From Methylocystis sp. (lineage in GTDB: Bacteria; Pseudomonadota; Alphaproteobacteria; Rhizobiales; Beijerinckiaceae), in assembly GCA_044233645.1 (NCBI GenBank), contig JBIIJP010000005.1:3519-67518 (forward strand): a stretch of 64,000 nt of DNA, written 5' to 3'. Under the pieces are notes generated by a model, which worked only from the letters and a program-made list of their open reading frames with translations, was not told where the DNA came from and did not search any database. Both the position numbers and the translations under genes were made by a program. The number at the start of each line of letters is the position of its first letter. Within the stretch, counting starts at the first letter, position 1. Shown here piece by piece: positions 55,533 through 64,000 of this stretch.

Positions 55533-56429
55533 ATGAGACCAGGTCAGAATAAAAGAATGCGCGGACGGAGCAGCGGCCGCAAGGGACCCAATCCTCTGAC
55601 CCGCTCCTACGAGTCCAACGGACCAGATGTAAAAATTCGCGGCACGGCGCAGCACATCGCCGAGAAATATCTCCAGCTCGCCCGCGACGCTCAGTCGTCA
55701 GGCGATCTGGTGATGGCGGAAAGCCTGCTGCAACATGCGGAGCATTATTTCCGACTGATTGCCGCCGCCCAGGCTGCGCAGGGCATGCCGGGCTACCCCC
55801 GCGCCCAGACGGACGCGGAAGTCGAGATCGACGAGGACGACGATTTCGCCGCCCTGCCCGACCGCTTCGCGCCGCTCTCCGAGCGCCTGCCATCGGCCGC
55901 CTATCAACAGGGTCAACAGCCGCAGCCCTATGCCGCCCAGCCACAGCCGCCGATCCAGTATCCGCCGCCGCCGCCGCTGCCCCAACCGCAGCCTTTCGAA
56001 GAGCGTCCGATGCCGGAAATGCGCGCCGAACGCGATTCCCGTCCCCCGCGTCAGGATCGCCAGCCCTACGGCGAGCAGCGGGGACGCGGCCGATATGGCG
56101 AAGGACAGGAGCGCCCGCGGTATGGCGAGCAGCAGAATGGGAGCTTCGATCGCAACGGTCGCGGCGACCGTCGCTTTCCGCGTCCGGATACGCCAGTCGA
56201 CGCAGCAACGGCGCTCCCTTCCTTCATTACAGCCCCCGTTGCGCGTCCAGCCCCGAACGAAGCCCCGGCGCCGGAGGCTTTTGACGCAGGCGAGCGCGTT
56301 GAAGCGCAGGAATCAGATGGCGTGAATTTTCATCTGAGTTCGCGCCGCCGTCGGCGCCCGCGCACATCGCAGGAAGACGGCGCCGAAACGCCGGTCGAGG
56401 CGACAAGCGAACTGCCGATCGAAACCTAA
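55533..56429 (+). CDS. DUF4167 domain-containing protein
   Basis: MRPGQNKRMRGRSSGRKGPNPLTRSYESNGPDVKIRGTAQHIAEKYLQLARDAQSSGD ... AESLLQHAEHYFR, then a Pro/Gln/Arg-rich tail, as in alphaproteobacterial DUF4167 proteins. Confidence 0.8.
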   Translation: MRPGQNKRMRGRSSGRKGPNPLTRSYESNGPDVKIRGTAQHIAEKYLQLARDAQSSGDLVMAESLLQHAEHYFRLIAAAQAAQGMPGYPRAQTDAEVEIDEDDDFAALPDRFAPLSERLPSAAYQQGQQPQPYAAQPQPPIQYPPPPPLPQPQPFEERPMPEMRAERDSRPPRQDRQPYGEQRGRGRYGEGQERPRYGEQQNGSFDRNGRGDRRFPRPDTPVDAATALPSFITAPVARPAPNEAPAPEAFDAGERVEAQESDGVNFHLSSRRRRRPRTSQEDGAETPVEATSELPIET

Positions 56430-57187
56430 GAGTCAAAATAATCGAGCGCGTCGCCAGTAGCGACGCGCCCGCCACTGACGATGCGGGCGTAGACGCCGCA
56501 ATCGATATGGCCGTAGTGCGCGCGAAGGGTCTGGACGAGATCCATGTCGCGGGCGCCCGTTCCCGGCGCGACGCCGGTCGCAGCGCAGCGATCCGTCATT
56601 TTCAAAATCTCAAGCACGCTGCCGCCGATGCCGATCCGGCGTCCCGGCCAGGTCGACTCAATCCATGGCGCGGCGTCGGCGACATAAAGATTGGCGCGAA
56701 ACCGCAGGGGGTCGACCGGCGCGCCGGCAGCCTGTTCAAGGTCGGCGACGCTCGCCAGATTGACCAGCGATACGAAACCCGATTTGGAATCGGTAAAGCG
56801 AAAACCCTGCGGCGCCGCCAGCAACCGCACCGGGCCGAGAATAGCCTCGCCCAGAAATTGCATGAAAAAACGCTCCAGCGCCCCGCGCTCCGCTGGATCG
56901 GAGACATTGGCGCGGGCGACTTCGCGACCCGCATCAATGACGCTCAATTCGTTGGACGCCAGATCGTAGCGCGTCGTCAGGCCGGCGAGCGCAGCGTTTT
57001 TCATTAGCATCAGGAATTTTATTTTCGGCTGGTGCTCGGGCGCGGCGGGATCAAAGCCCGAGGGGCCGTTCTCAAAGGCGAACAGGCGGTCGCCGGGAAA
57101 ATATCCATCAGCGATCAGGTCGACGGCGTCGAGCGGCTCGGGCGACAGCCCTTTTACGGGATAACGATAGATCGAGGCGAGGCGCAT
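56426..57187 (-). CDS. MOSC domain-containing protein
   Basis: MRLASIYRYPVKGLSPEPL (MOSC N-terminal beta-barrel) and a C-terminal MOSC region with a conserved Cys (TDRCAATGV). Confidence 0.8.
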   Translation of the reverse strand: MRLASIYRYPVKGLSPEPLDAVDLIADGYFPGDRLFAFENGPSGFDPAAPEHQPKIKFLMLMKNAALAGLTTRYDLASNELSVIDAGREVARANVSDPAERGALERFFMQFLGEAILGPVRLLAAPQGFRFTDSKSGFVSLVNLASVADLEQAAGAPVDPLRFRANLYVADAAPWIESTWPGRRIGIGGSVLEILKMTDRCAATGVAPGTGARDMDLVQTLRAHYGHIDCGVYARIVSGGRVATGDALDYFDS

Positions 57188-57285
57188 AGGCGAGACACTG
57201 TGCTGACGGAGTGAAAGCGCCGGCGTATCCTAACAGAATTTCACAGATTTTGGCGCGATGTCGCTCGCCGAAGGATCATGGTCGT

Positions 57286-57510
57286 CTACAGAGACGGACG
57301 TAGATGGGAAAGCGCCCCCTGCTCGTTCGATAATCTTTTGCACTCGGCGACAATTTGCACGTCCGCGCCGTAACGCGTCGTGACGGGCGTAACGCCGGAA
57401 AGCGCGTTCTGGCGTGTTTGCTGACATTCCTCCATACTGGCCGCGTCGAACGTTTCCCTATCAATGACATGACCGCTCAAAAGGTAGGCAATCACCAGAA
57501 CCGTTTTCAT
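57286..57510 (-). CDS. hypothetical small exported protein
   Basis: 74-aa ORF with GGAG SD about 9 nt upstream, hydrophobic N-terminus MKTVLVIAYLLSG and two Cys. No family recognised. Confidence 0.35.
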   Translation of the reverse strand: MKTVLVIAYLLSGHVIDRETFDAASMEECQQTRQNALSGVTPVTTRYGADVQIVAECKRLSNEQGALSHLRPSL

Positions 57511-57863
57511 GATTCGATCTCCAGAGGATGGAAAAACCCCTGGCCACGACGTCTGGCTTTCTGGCCAATGGATAGATAAAGCGCCGAAATCGATGTCTCC
57601 CCAGGATCAAGATCTGCGAAACCGGGGAGGTGGGGTAGCGTGGCATTACCTTGGCAAGAATCCTGCCGGTTTTTGCAACTGGCTGAATGAAACAACCAGC
57701 ACTTCAAACGTATCAAAAAACTCGGATCTCCATGGATGTCGCATAAAATGACGAAACGAGGGGCGAGAAGTAATATGTCGCCGGTTCGAGCAGTGAGGAA
57801 TTTCGATCAGGATCGAACAAATTCTGCGCTACGCGAGAATAACAGTCCTATCGCGGGATAATT

Positions 57864-58181
57864 TGGTGCGGGCGGCCGGAATCGAACCGGCACAGGCCTT
57901 TCGGCCCTACGGATTTTCATACCCGCTACGGCTTTCGCCGCCCCGCTCACGCGGGTTTGGGGTCTGGACTATCCCTTCGCCATCGCTGTCGGACGCGTGT
58001 CCAACCAAGCCTTAGGCGCCGCCCGTCTAGTCTCTACACCTTCCCGCCGCAACTGGCGGGCTTGGCTCGGGATCGCCACTTGTGGAGGTTTCCCCGAATT
58101 TGAGCGGTTCTGCACCGCCGGTTTCCCGGCCGGGCACTCAATTTTTAAGTCCGTTGCGTCTACCAGTTTCGCCACGCCCGC
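57864..58181 (-). tRNA. tRNA-Leu: tRNA-Leu (anticodon UAA) interrupted by a group I intron; exons 58181-58147 and 57917-57864
   Basis: Joined exons GCGGGCGTGGCGAAACTGGTAGACGCAACGGACTT + AAAATCCGTAGGGCCGAAAGGCCTGTGCCGGTTCGATTCCGGCCGCCCGCACCA give an 89-nt class II tRNA. It has a 7-bp acceptor stem GCGGGCG/CGCCCGC, anticodon arm ACGGA-CTTAAAA-TCCGT, a long variable arm and an encoded CCA. Confidence 0.9.
57918..58146 (-). ncRNA. group I intron (IC3-like, 229 nt, no ORF)
   Basis: Inserted between U34 and A35. The exon end ACUU can pair with intron GAGU (nt 8-11), giving the splice-site U-G pair, and the last intron nt is G. GAAA-capped hairpins include GCCGGGAAACCGGC and CGGCGAAAGCCG. Core strings CAAAUUCGGGGAAACC, CCGAGCCAAGCC, GGAAGGUGUAGAGACUAGACGGG and AUAGUCC are present. 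Confidence 0.85.
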
Positions 58182-58400
58182 TAACCCATGGGGTTATAAG
58201 TCGCAGGCGCGGAACTCGACAAGCGGAATTTCAGGCGCCTGCCGGCCTTGTCCTCACCTCTGATGCGCGACTCCCATCCTGGAGCGACGACAGGGGTCTT
58301 ATTGTCGCAGAGAGGATTGAATGTTTGGGGGGAGCTAAGGTGATGAACAATGGAAACATAGATTATTACAAATTTTCCATATATATAGTATGTCGCCGGG

Positions 58401-58898
58401 GTGAGTGAGGGCTTTCTTGTGTCTGTGATGATCAAGCCATCGGATTTCGACGACGTCGAGCGCGTGTCGGAACGGGTCTTGCAAAGTTTCTACGCCCCAT
58501 TCCAGCACCACTTCATTGAATTCCAGGTCGCTCACCTCAAGGACAGCGCAAGCTTGTTCAACGGCGATCTCGAGGAGATGCTCGTTTGCGTGGTTTTGGC
58601 GCGCGCCAATCTGCGCGATGAGGTAGGGCAGTCGACGACCAAAAAAACCGAGGGCTCCGCGCGAAGCGCTCTCAGCGCGGCGCGCCTCTCGGAACTCACA
58701 GGCATTCCCCGCGAAACCGTGAGGCGCAAGCTGAAGTCACTCGAAAATCGCGGCTGGGCGACGCGGGTTGGCCGCAGCGGCTGGAGTCTCGCTTTGCAAG
58801 GAGAGACGCCCGTCCTGCGCTCCGATTTACAGGACTTTTTGCGGCGCGAGATCCGAAGGCTCGTCAAGCTTGTGCGCAATTTGCAGGAATTCATCTGA
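58401..58898 (+). CDS. putative winged-helix transcriptional regulator
   Basis: C-terminal HTH-like LSAARLSELTGIPRETVRRKLKSLENRGWATRVGRSGW. GTG start (ATG alternative at 58428). Family not recognised. Confidence 0.5.
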   Translation: MSEGFLVSVMIKPSDFDDVERVSERVLQSFYAPFQHHFIEFQVAHLKDSASLFNGDLEEMLVCVVLARANLRDEVGQSTTKKTEGSARSALSAARLSELTGIPRETVRRKLKSLENRGWATRVGRSGWSLALQGETPVLRSDLQDFLRREIRRLVKLVRNLQEFI

Positions 58899-58940
58899 AG
58901 AAAGAGGGATGGCTCGCATTCGTGCGATGCTTACTTGATG

Positions 58941-59444
58941 TTAGACCATGCGTATCGGCGACCGGTAATTATTGTCGTCGTCCAGATCCCAGGGGAAATA
59001 AACCCAGCAGTCTTGCGGAAATTCGGCGACGAAACTATCGACCGTCGGTCGTCCCTGCGGCTTGACGTAAAGCGTCGCCAGATGGGCGTTGGGTAGAAGC
59101 GCGCGCACGGCGCGCACTGTCTCGCCCGTATCGGCAAGATCGTCGATGACCAGTATATCGGATGACGGGCGCAGGCGAACCATCTCAGCCAGCGGTTTGG
59201 TCAGGGTCAGGCCGCCCCGGAGAGTTTCGGCGTCGTAGCTGGCGACGCCTAGCGTGTCGACAACGCGTACGCCAAGCTCACGCGCGACAATCGCCGCTGG
59301 CGCCAGCCCACCGCGCGTCACCGCGACAATGGCCGAAAACGCGCCAGCTGCACACAACTGCACGGCGAGTCGCCGCGCATCGTGATGAAACCGAGTCCAC
59401 GAAATCGCGACGCTTGTCGACGATGGGACGTCTACTTCGTTCAT
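58941..59444 (-). CDS. gpt: xanthine-guanine phosphoribosyltransferase
   Basis: PRPP motif ILVIDDLADTGET and a C-terminal WVYFPWD typical of Gpt. 167 aa. Confidence 0.85.
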   Translation of the reverse strand: MNEVDVPSSTSVAISWTRFHHDARRLAVQLCAAGAFSAIVAVTRGGLAPAAIVARELGVRVVDTLGVASYDAETLRGGLTLTKPLAEMVRLRPSSDILVIDDLADTGETVRAVRALLPNAHLATLYVKPQGRPTVDSFVAEFPQDCWVYFPWDLDDDNNYRSPIRMV

Positions 59445-59455
59445 ATTTTTGCGTC

Positions 59456-60205
59456 CTATCGTCGGCCGGCGAGAGAGGCCAGTCCGTCAATCAGCGCGCG
59501 CGCCTCGGCCACGGCCTGCGCCAGCGCTTCCGCGTCGCGACTGCGCAACACGATCTGGTTGCGCACGCCCTCGCTGGTGAAGGAGGGATAGGAGCCAATG
59601 GAGACGTCGGCATGGGCGCGCACGATCTCCGCCAGCCCGGCGGCATAGGCCCCCTCCGGGATTGATCCCGCCGCCACGCTCTCGACAAGAATTCGGCGCC
59701 CAGTCCTGAGTTGCGGTCCGACCGTGTCGAGCATGGCGTGCATCACGGAGGGCACCCCGGCCATGACGATGACATTGCCGATCCAGAAACCAGGCGCCTT
59801 TGAAATGGCGTTGGGTATTAGCGCCGCGCCTTTGGGGATGCGCGCCATGCGTCGCCGCGCCGGATTGAGATCCGCCTCGGCGAAACGCTCCCTCAACATC
59901 GCCAGCGCGCGCGGGTCCTCATCAATCTCGACGCCGAAGGCGCGGGCGATGGCGTCGGCGGTGATGTCGTCATGCGTCGGCCCGATGCCGCCAGTCGTGA
60001 ACACATAGGCGTATCGGGCGCGCAGGGCGTTTACGGCGGCTACGATCTCCTCTTCGACGTCCGGCACAACCCGCGCCTCGCGCAGATCGACGCCGATCTG
60101 ACTGAGGTAGTTGGCAATGTAGTGGGTATTAGCGTCCTGCGTGCGGCCGGAGAGGACCTCGTCGCCGATCACGAGAACCGCCGCCGTCACCGCCGACTCA
60201 CTCAT
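59456..60205 (-). CDS. CinA-like molybdopterin-binding (MoCF) domain protein
   Basis: AAVLVIGDEVLSGRTQDANTHYIANYL ... YVFTTGGIGPTHDDITADAIARAFG. ATG at 60205. Confidence 0.8.
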   Translation of the reverse strand: MSESAVTAAVLVIGDEVLSGRTQDANTHYIANYLSQIGVDLREARVVPDVEEEIVAAVNALRARYAYVFTTGGIGPTHDDITADAIARAFGVEIDEDPRALAMLRERFAEADLNPARRRMARIPKGAALIPNAISKAPGFWIGNVIVMAGVPSVMHAMLDTVGPQLRTGRRILVESVAAGSIPEGAYAAGLAEIVRAHADVSIGSYPSFTSEGVRNQIVLRSRDAEALAQAVAEARALIDGLASLAGRR

Positions 60206-60476
60206 CCGCCTACTCTCCGCCTGTCGTTTCGGAGCGCGATTATGACGGGGATGTCGGGAAAGTCCAAGAGCCGGAACGCCAGCAGGCTTGGTCGTCAATA
60301 AAGTTCAAGCATATTTTTCAAGATATTGGCAAAAGCGGCCCGCTCCGCCGCCGCCATGCGTCGTCTCGGCGTCGTCCCGGCGTCGTCCCGGCGTCGGTAC
60401 GATCCAGCGCTTGCTTTGGCGCAGCGAACCATTACCTTGTGCGCATACCCGCAAACCCAGCATTTCGCAGAGGCCC

Positions 60477-61316
60477 ATGACCTTTATCGAGTCGCATCTC
60501 GCCCCCGCCGGTCGCCAGAAAGGCCAGATCAAACTTCACGGTCCCGCCGATTTCGACGGCATGCGCCGGGTTGGGCGTCTGGCCGGCGAGGCGCTGGATA
60601 TGCTGATCCCGCATGTCCAACCCGGCGTGACCACACAGGCAATCGACGATCTCGTGTTTGATTTCGCTCTTGCCCACGGGGCTTATCCGGCGCCGCTCGA
60701 TTATCGCGGCTATCGCAAATCGGTTTGCACCTCGATCAATCATGTCGTCTGCCATGGGGTGCCCGACGACAAACCATTGCGCGAGGGCGATATCGTCAAT
60801 ATCGACGTTACCTTCATTCTCGATGGCTGGCATGGCGACGCGAGTCGTATGTTCGCTGTCGGCGAAATTCCCCGAAAGGCGCAAAGGCTAATCGACGTCA
60901 CCTATGAGAGTTTGATGCGCGGCATCGCCGCCGTCAAACCCGGCGCGACGACCGGCGATATCGGCGCAGCTATTCAGCGTTATGCGGAAAGCGAGCGCTG
61001 CTCGGTGGTGCGCGATTTCTGCGGCCACGGTCTGGGCCGGGTTTTTCACGACGAGCCGAATATTCTTCATTACGGCAAGCCCGGCGAGGGCGCGCCCTTG
61101 CGGCCGGGGATGTTTTTCACCATCGAGCCTATGATCAACCTCGGCAAGCCGCAGGTTAAAATTCTCTCCGATGGCTGGACTGCCGTGACGCGCGATCGTT
61201 CGCTCTCGGCGCAATTCGAACATTCGATCGGCGTGACGGAAACCGGCGCAGAGATTTTCACCGCCTCGCCGCGCGGCCTCGACAATCCTTCGGGCGGCGC
61301 GGCCTCCCCGATATGA
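60477..61316 (+). CDS. map: type I methionine aminopeptidase
   Basis: Metal ligand contexts VCHGVP, GDIVNIDVT, DGWHGD, CGHGLGRVFHDEP, FTIEPM and SAQFEHS. ATG at 60477. Confidence 0.95.
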   Translation: MTFIESHLAPAGRQKGQIKLHGPADFDGMRRVGRLAGEALDMLIPHVQPGVTTQAIDDLVFDFALAHGAYPAPLDYRGYRKSVCTSINHVVCHGVPDDKPLREGDIVNIDVTFILDGWHGDASRMFAVGEIPRKAQRLIDVTYESLMRGIAAVKPGATTGDIGAAIQRYAESERCSVVRDFCGHGLGRVFHDEPNILHYGKPGEGAPLRPGMFFTIEPMINLGKPQVKILSDGWTAVTRDRSLSAQFEHSIGVTETGAEIFTASPRGLDNPSGGAASPI

Positions 61317-62044
61317 CAGCCTGCGCGTCCGCCGAACCGCCGTCAGTCAATTTGGATGGTCTCAAAGAAGAGGCGGCGCATTACCTCGGCCATCGTCAGC
61401 GTCTGCGCGAGCGTTTCATGGAAAGCGGCGCCGGGGCGCTGGCGGACTACGAGTTGATGGAGCTGGTGCTTTTTCGAGCCATTCCCCGCCGCGACGTGAA
61501 ACCGCTCGCCAAGGCGCTGATCAAACGTTTTGGCTCCTTCGCGGAAGCAGCGGCGGCGCGACCTGAGCGCCTGCGCGAAATCGACGGCCTCGGCGAATCG
61601 GCGATCATGGAGATCAAACTCGCCGAGGCGGTGGCGACCCGCCTCGCGCGCGGCCAGATTGAATCGAGACGCACGCTCTCCTCTTTCGTTGATGTGCTCG
61701 ATTATTGCCGGACAGCGATGGCCTACGCCGATCGCGAGGAATTTCGGGTTTTGTTTCTGGACAAGCGCAACGCGCTCATCGCAGACGAGGTTCAGGGCGT
61801 TGGCACGATCGACCATACACCCGTCTATCCGCGCGAAATCATTCGACGAGCGCTGGAGCTGGGCGCCAGCGCTCTCATCCTGGCGCACAATCACCCTTCC
61901 GGCGATCCGACGCCTTCCCCGGCGGATATTCGTATGACCAAGGATATTGTCGCCATTGCCGAACCGTTTGGCATCGTCATTCATGACCACTTGATTGTCG
62001 GCAAGCACGGACAGACGAGTTTTAGAGGACAAAAGCTCATATGA
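61313..62044 (+). CDS. radC: RadC-family JAB domain protein
   Basis: N-terminal HhH region (HRQRLRERF ... LADYELMELVLF) and JAMM motif ILAHNHPSGDPTPSPADIRMT. ATGA overlap with map. Confidence 0.9.
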   Translation: MTACASAEPPSVNLDGLKEEAAHYLGHRQRLRERFMESGAGALADYELMELVLFRAIPRRDVKPLAKALIKRFGSFAEAAAARPERLREIDGLGESAIMEIKLAEAVATRLARGQIESRRTLSSFVDVLDYCRTAMAYADREEFRVLFLDKRNALIADEVQGVGTIDHTPVYPREIIRRALELGASALILAHNHPSGDPTPSPADIRMTKDIVAIAEPFGIVIHDHLIVGKHGQTSFRGQKLI

Positions 62045-62158
62045 GTTAGATTAAGGGGATCATCCTGAAGGGTTAAGGAGTCTGGGTTTTTCGTATAATT
62101 CGTTCGGGTGAGGAATAAGATTTAAATTTTCGTGATGCTTGAAAACTCATCACGCGCG

Positions 62159-62422
62159 TCAAGTTTTTTGGCGAATGCGGAACTGGTTTAGCGTGGGATA
62201 TCCTTTGTTTCGAAAATATTCGACTAATCCTTGAGCAGCGCCATATGCTTCATCAAGGGTTTTGAATTCTCCAATGAAAAAAGGGAGCGTGTCAGTTTCG
62301 AATACGAGCGTGTATCTCATGGCGGCATATTTACTGTCAGTATAAAGAGGGGTTAGCGGGAGCAAGTCGTTTCCGATACAGGCTCGCTCCCGCACACCGC
62401 CTCTCCTTGGAAGGCTCGTCAA
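62159..62422 (-). CDS. hypothetical small protein
   Basis: ORF in AT-richer DNA. A shorter version from the ATG at 62320 (MRYTLVFETDTLPFFIGEFKTLDEAY...) is equally plausible. Confidence 0.3.
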   Translation of the reverse strand: MTSLPRRGGVRERACIGNDLLPLTPLYTDSKYAAMRYTLVFETDTLPFFIGEFKTLDEAYGAAQGLVEYFRNKGYPTLNQFRIRQKT

Positions 62423-62566
62423 AGGGAATTGACGATCCTGCGGAGTTCAAAGGTAGCCGACACCTTCAGACACAACCGCTAACTTCTCGCCATTTATCTT
62501 GCATTTTCAGTTAGAGATCAGGATGAATTTTTTTGTCCGACATCAAGCTCGATGACCAGGGCAACG

Positions 62567-64000
62567 CTATTCAAGATCGTTTTTCTCCGGATCGCTACGC
62601 TTGCCAATTTGCATCGGCCCCAGGTCTATGGCGACCGAGTCGATCTTGCCGTCAAACATGAAAGGCATTCTATCGGCATAATCCTCAATGATCGGCGTTC
62701 CGTGATCCTCGCCGATATCCAGCGTCTCGTCGACGGAATAGATATAGGGAACTGTTCGGTCTATCCGGGTTGAAGCGATAGCTCGGTCATCGATCGTGAG
62801 CGTGTAGGTTCCCCCGCGCCCCACTTCCCCATCCTTGCCCGCATAATCGAATTTTACGGCCACGACGTGATCGCCCGAAGACAGTCGATTCGGGTCCGAA
62901 ATGCGGATCGCCGCTTCGGGGTTTTGCGAGCGCCGATAAATCCAGTTGGCTTTTCCATCGATCAAAACAAGTCCCCACCCGGCGAAGCGACCCCCTGCGT
63001 AACGATGACGCCATTGCCGGCGCCCGTGGGGATATTTATTCTTGCAACGATTTCATACGAGCGATCCTTTGTGAAGGGTGAAGCGGCTTCCGGGATTCGC
63101 GTAACGCCCTGACGATAAACAAAATGTGATCGCCCACGCGTCAGACTGGGGCGCTGGAATGTTGCTTCCACGGTCGCCTGCGGGCTAAAATTAAGTGGCA
63201 GGATGTGATTTCGGCCTGCCTCGCTCCACCAGAGTTTCTTCAATTTATCCAGCATCGCCGGTTTTTCTTTTGCAAGATCCTTTCCCTAACTAAAATCCTC
63301 GTCGAGATTATAGAGCTCCCAATCGAAACTGTCTGGCGTCAGTCCCTTTGGCTCCGGCCGCCAGGCAAAAACCAGTGGAGTCGTGGAGGCAATCCAACCG
63401 TCATGATAAATTGCGCGGTTACCGAACAACTCGTACACTTGAGTTGCACGCTTGCCCCTGACTTCGGCGCTATCCGAAATGTGGGCCATCGATGGGCTCC
63501 TGTTTGACGCCATTAATCGACTCTGGCGCCGGAACCCCTGCGGCCTCAAGAATTGTCGACAGGATAACGATCACATAATGAAACTGATCGCGCAATCCGC
63601 CCGCATCCCTTATCCTTTAAGGCCAACTCGTCACGAGTCCGTTACGCGTTCCGCCAAAATGCGATGCGTAACGCTTGGTCCATTGAAATGGCGTATTGAG
63701 CGCCCACGACCACGGAACGGGCATGTGATTATAGTGCAAGGGGCCGCCGAGCTAATCCCTGATAGAATACAGATAATCGAAACTCTCCTTCTCCCCGTTG
63801 CCAATAACAACGATTTCGTTGGCCGTTCCTTGCAGCGTGCTCTTTGAACTCTCTGTCGTTCGACCAACGCCCCCCTGAAAGTTTGGCGGCGGATAGGGTA
63901 AAGAAACAGCTTTTCTTGGCGACTCATTTGCCTGACGCCCATGGGCGGCCGCCGACATGGCCAGCACTGAGATGAACAGAGCCGAGAGACGAAGAGGCGC
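62567..64000 (-). pseudogene. arylsulfatase, degraded (frameshifts plus an in-frame TAG), continues beyond the window end
   Basis: Consecutive fragments read [56 protein letters not shown](TAG 63283-63285)GKDLAKEKPAMLDKLKKLWWSEAGRNHILPL, then a frame change near 62965 before the C-terminal domain. The signal-peptide end lies at the window edge. Confidence 0.7.

Noticed and set aside
55531-56208. 225-aa minus-strand ORF opposite the DUF4167 gene
   Set aside because: It is antisense to a gene with a recognisable conserved N-terminus. The Arg/Ala/Gly-rich composition fits a shadow ORF.
57969-58263. Track ORFs 57969-58175 (-), 57997-58263 (+) and 58082-58408 (+) over the tRNA-Leu locus
   Set aside because: They overlap the group I intron and tRNA exons. 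The intron is too short and too structured to host a homing endonuclease, and the ORFs have no protein-like features.
60367-60397. Short tandem repeat CGGCGTCGTCC x about 2.7 between cinA-like and map
   Set aside because: This is only about 30 bp of GC-rich low-complexity sequence in an intergenic or leader position. There is no further copy or associated feature, so it is probably a slippage artefact of no functional note.
1-64000. CRISPR arrays, rRNA genes and known defence-system genes
   Set aside because: I saw no regularly spaced direct repeats with unique spacers, no rRNA-like conserved stretches, and no nuclease, helicase or ATPase gene sets typical of defence systems while reading both strands.

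Overview
GC-rich alphaproteobacterial chromosome segment, probably Hyphomicrobiales-like. That placement is inferred from a GAAC-N7-GAAC SOS box, DUF4167 and DUF2794 genes, and the local gene order. All calls come from reading the ORF track and sequence and from remembered family motifs; no searches were run. From about 23.6 kb onward the window is mostly housekeeping backbone: gldA, pepN, sensor kinases, an htrA-type protease with a two-component pair, corA, grpE, glnD, gshB, lpdA, rplT, rpmI, comM, htpG, prmC, gpt, map and radC. Four accessory patches interrupt it. (1) 1-6.4 kb holds an IS1380 copy with a frameshifted transposase, a decayed ICE transfer module (traF fragment, lytic transglycosylase with in-frame stops, truncated relaxase), iteron-like repeats, and an xis-int pair next to tRNA-Glu. 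(2) About 9.2-22.5 kb is an AT-richer island with no integrase. It carries a short LOV photoreceptor with SRPBCC and fatty-acid-hydroxylase neighbours, a GC-rich umuDC cassette with an SOS box, a HupE/UreJ - CopC - unknown - PepSY metal cluster, and modABC/modE. (3) About 32.9-34.9 kb has a degraded DNA methyltransferase and a nucleoside deoxyribosyltransferase. (4) From 62 kb to the end there is a decayed arylsulfatase. The strongest finding is a 229-nt group I intron splitting the anticodon loop of tRNA-Leu(UAA) at 57864-58181. Other leads are a vertebrate-like arginine:glycine amidinotransferase beside an SMR/Gdx exporter, a roughly 490-bp ORF-poor structured region ending in a terminator upstream of the DUF4167 gene, and a two-member family of Cys-pair periplasmic proteins. 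No CRISPR array, rRNA or recognisable defence system was seen.
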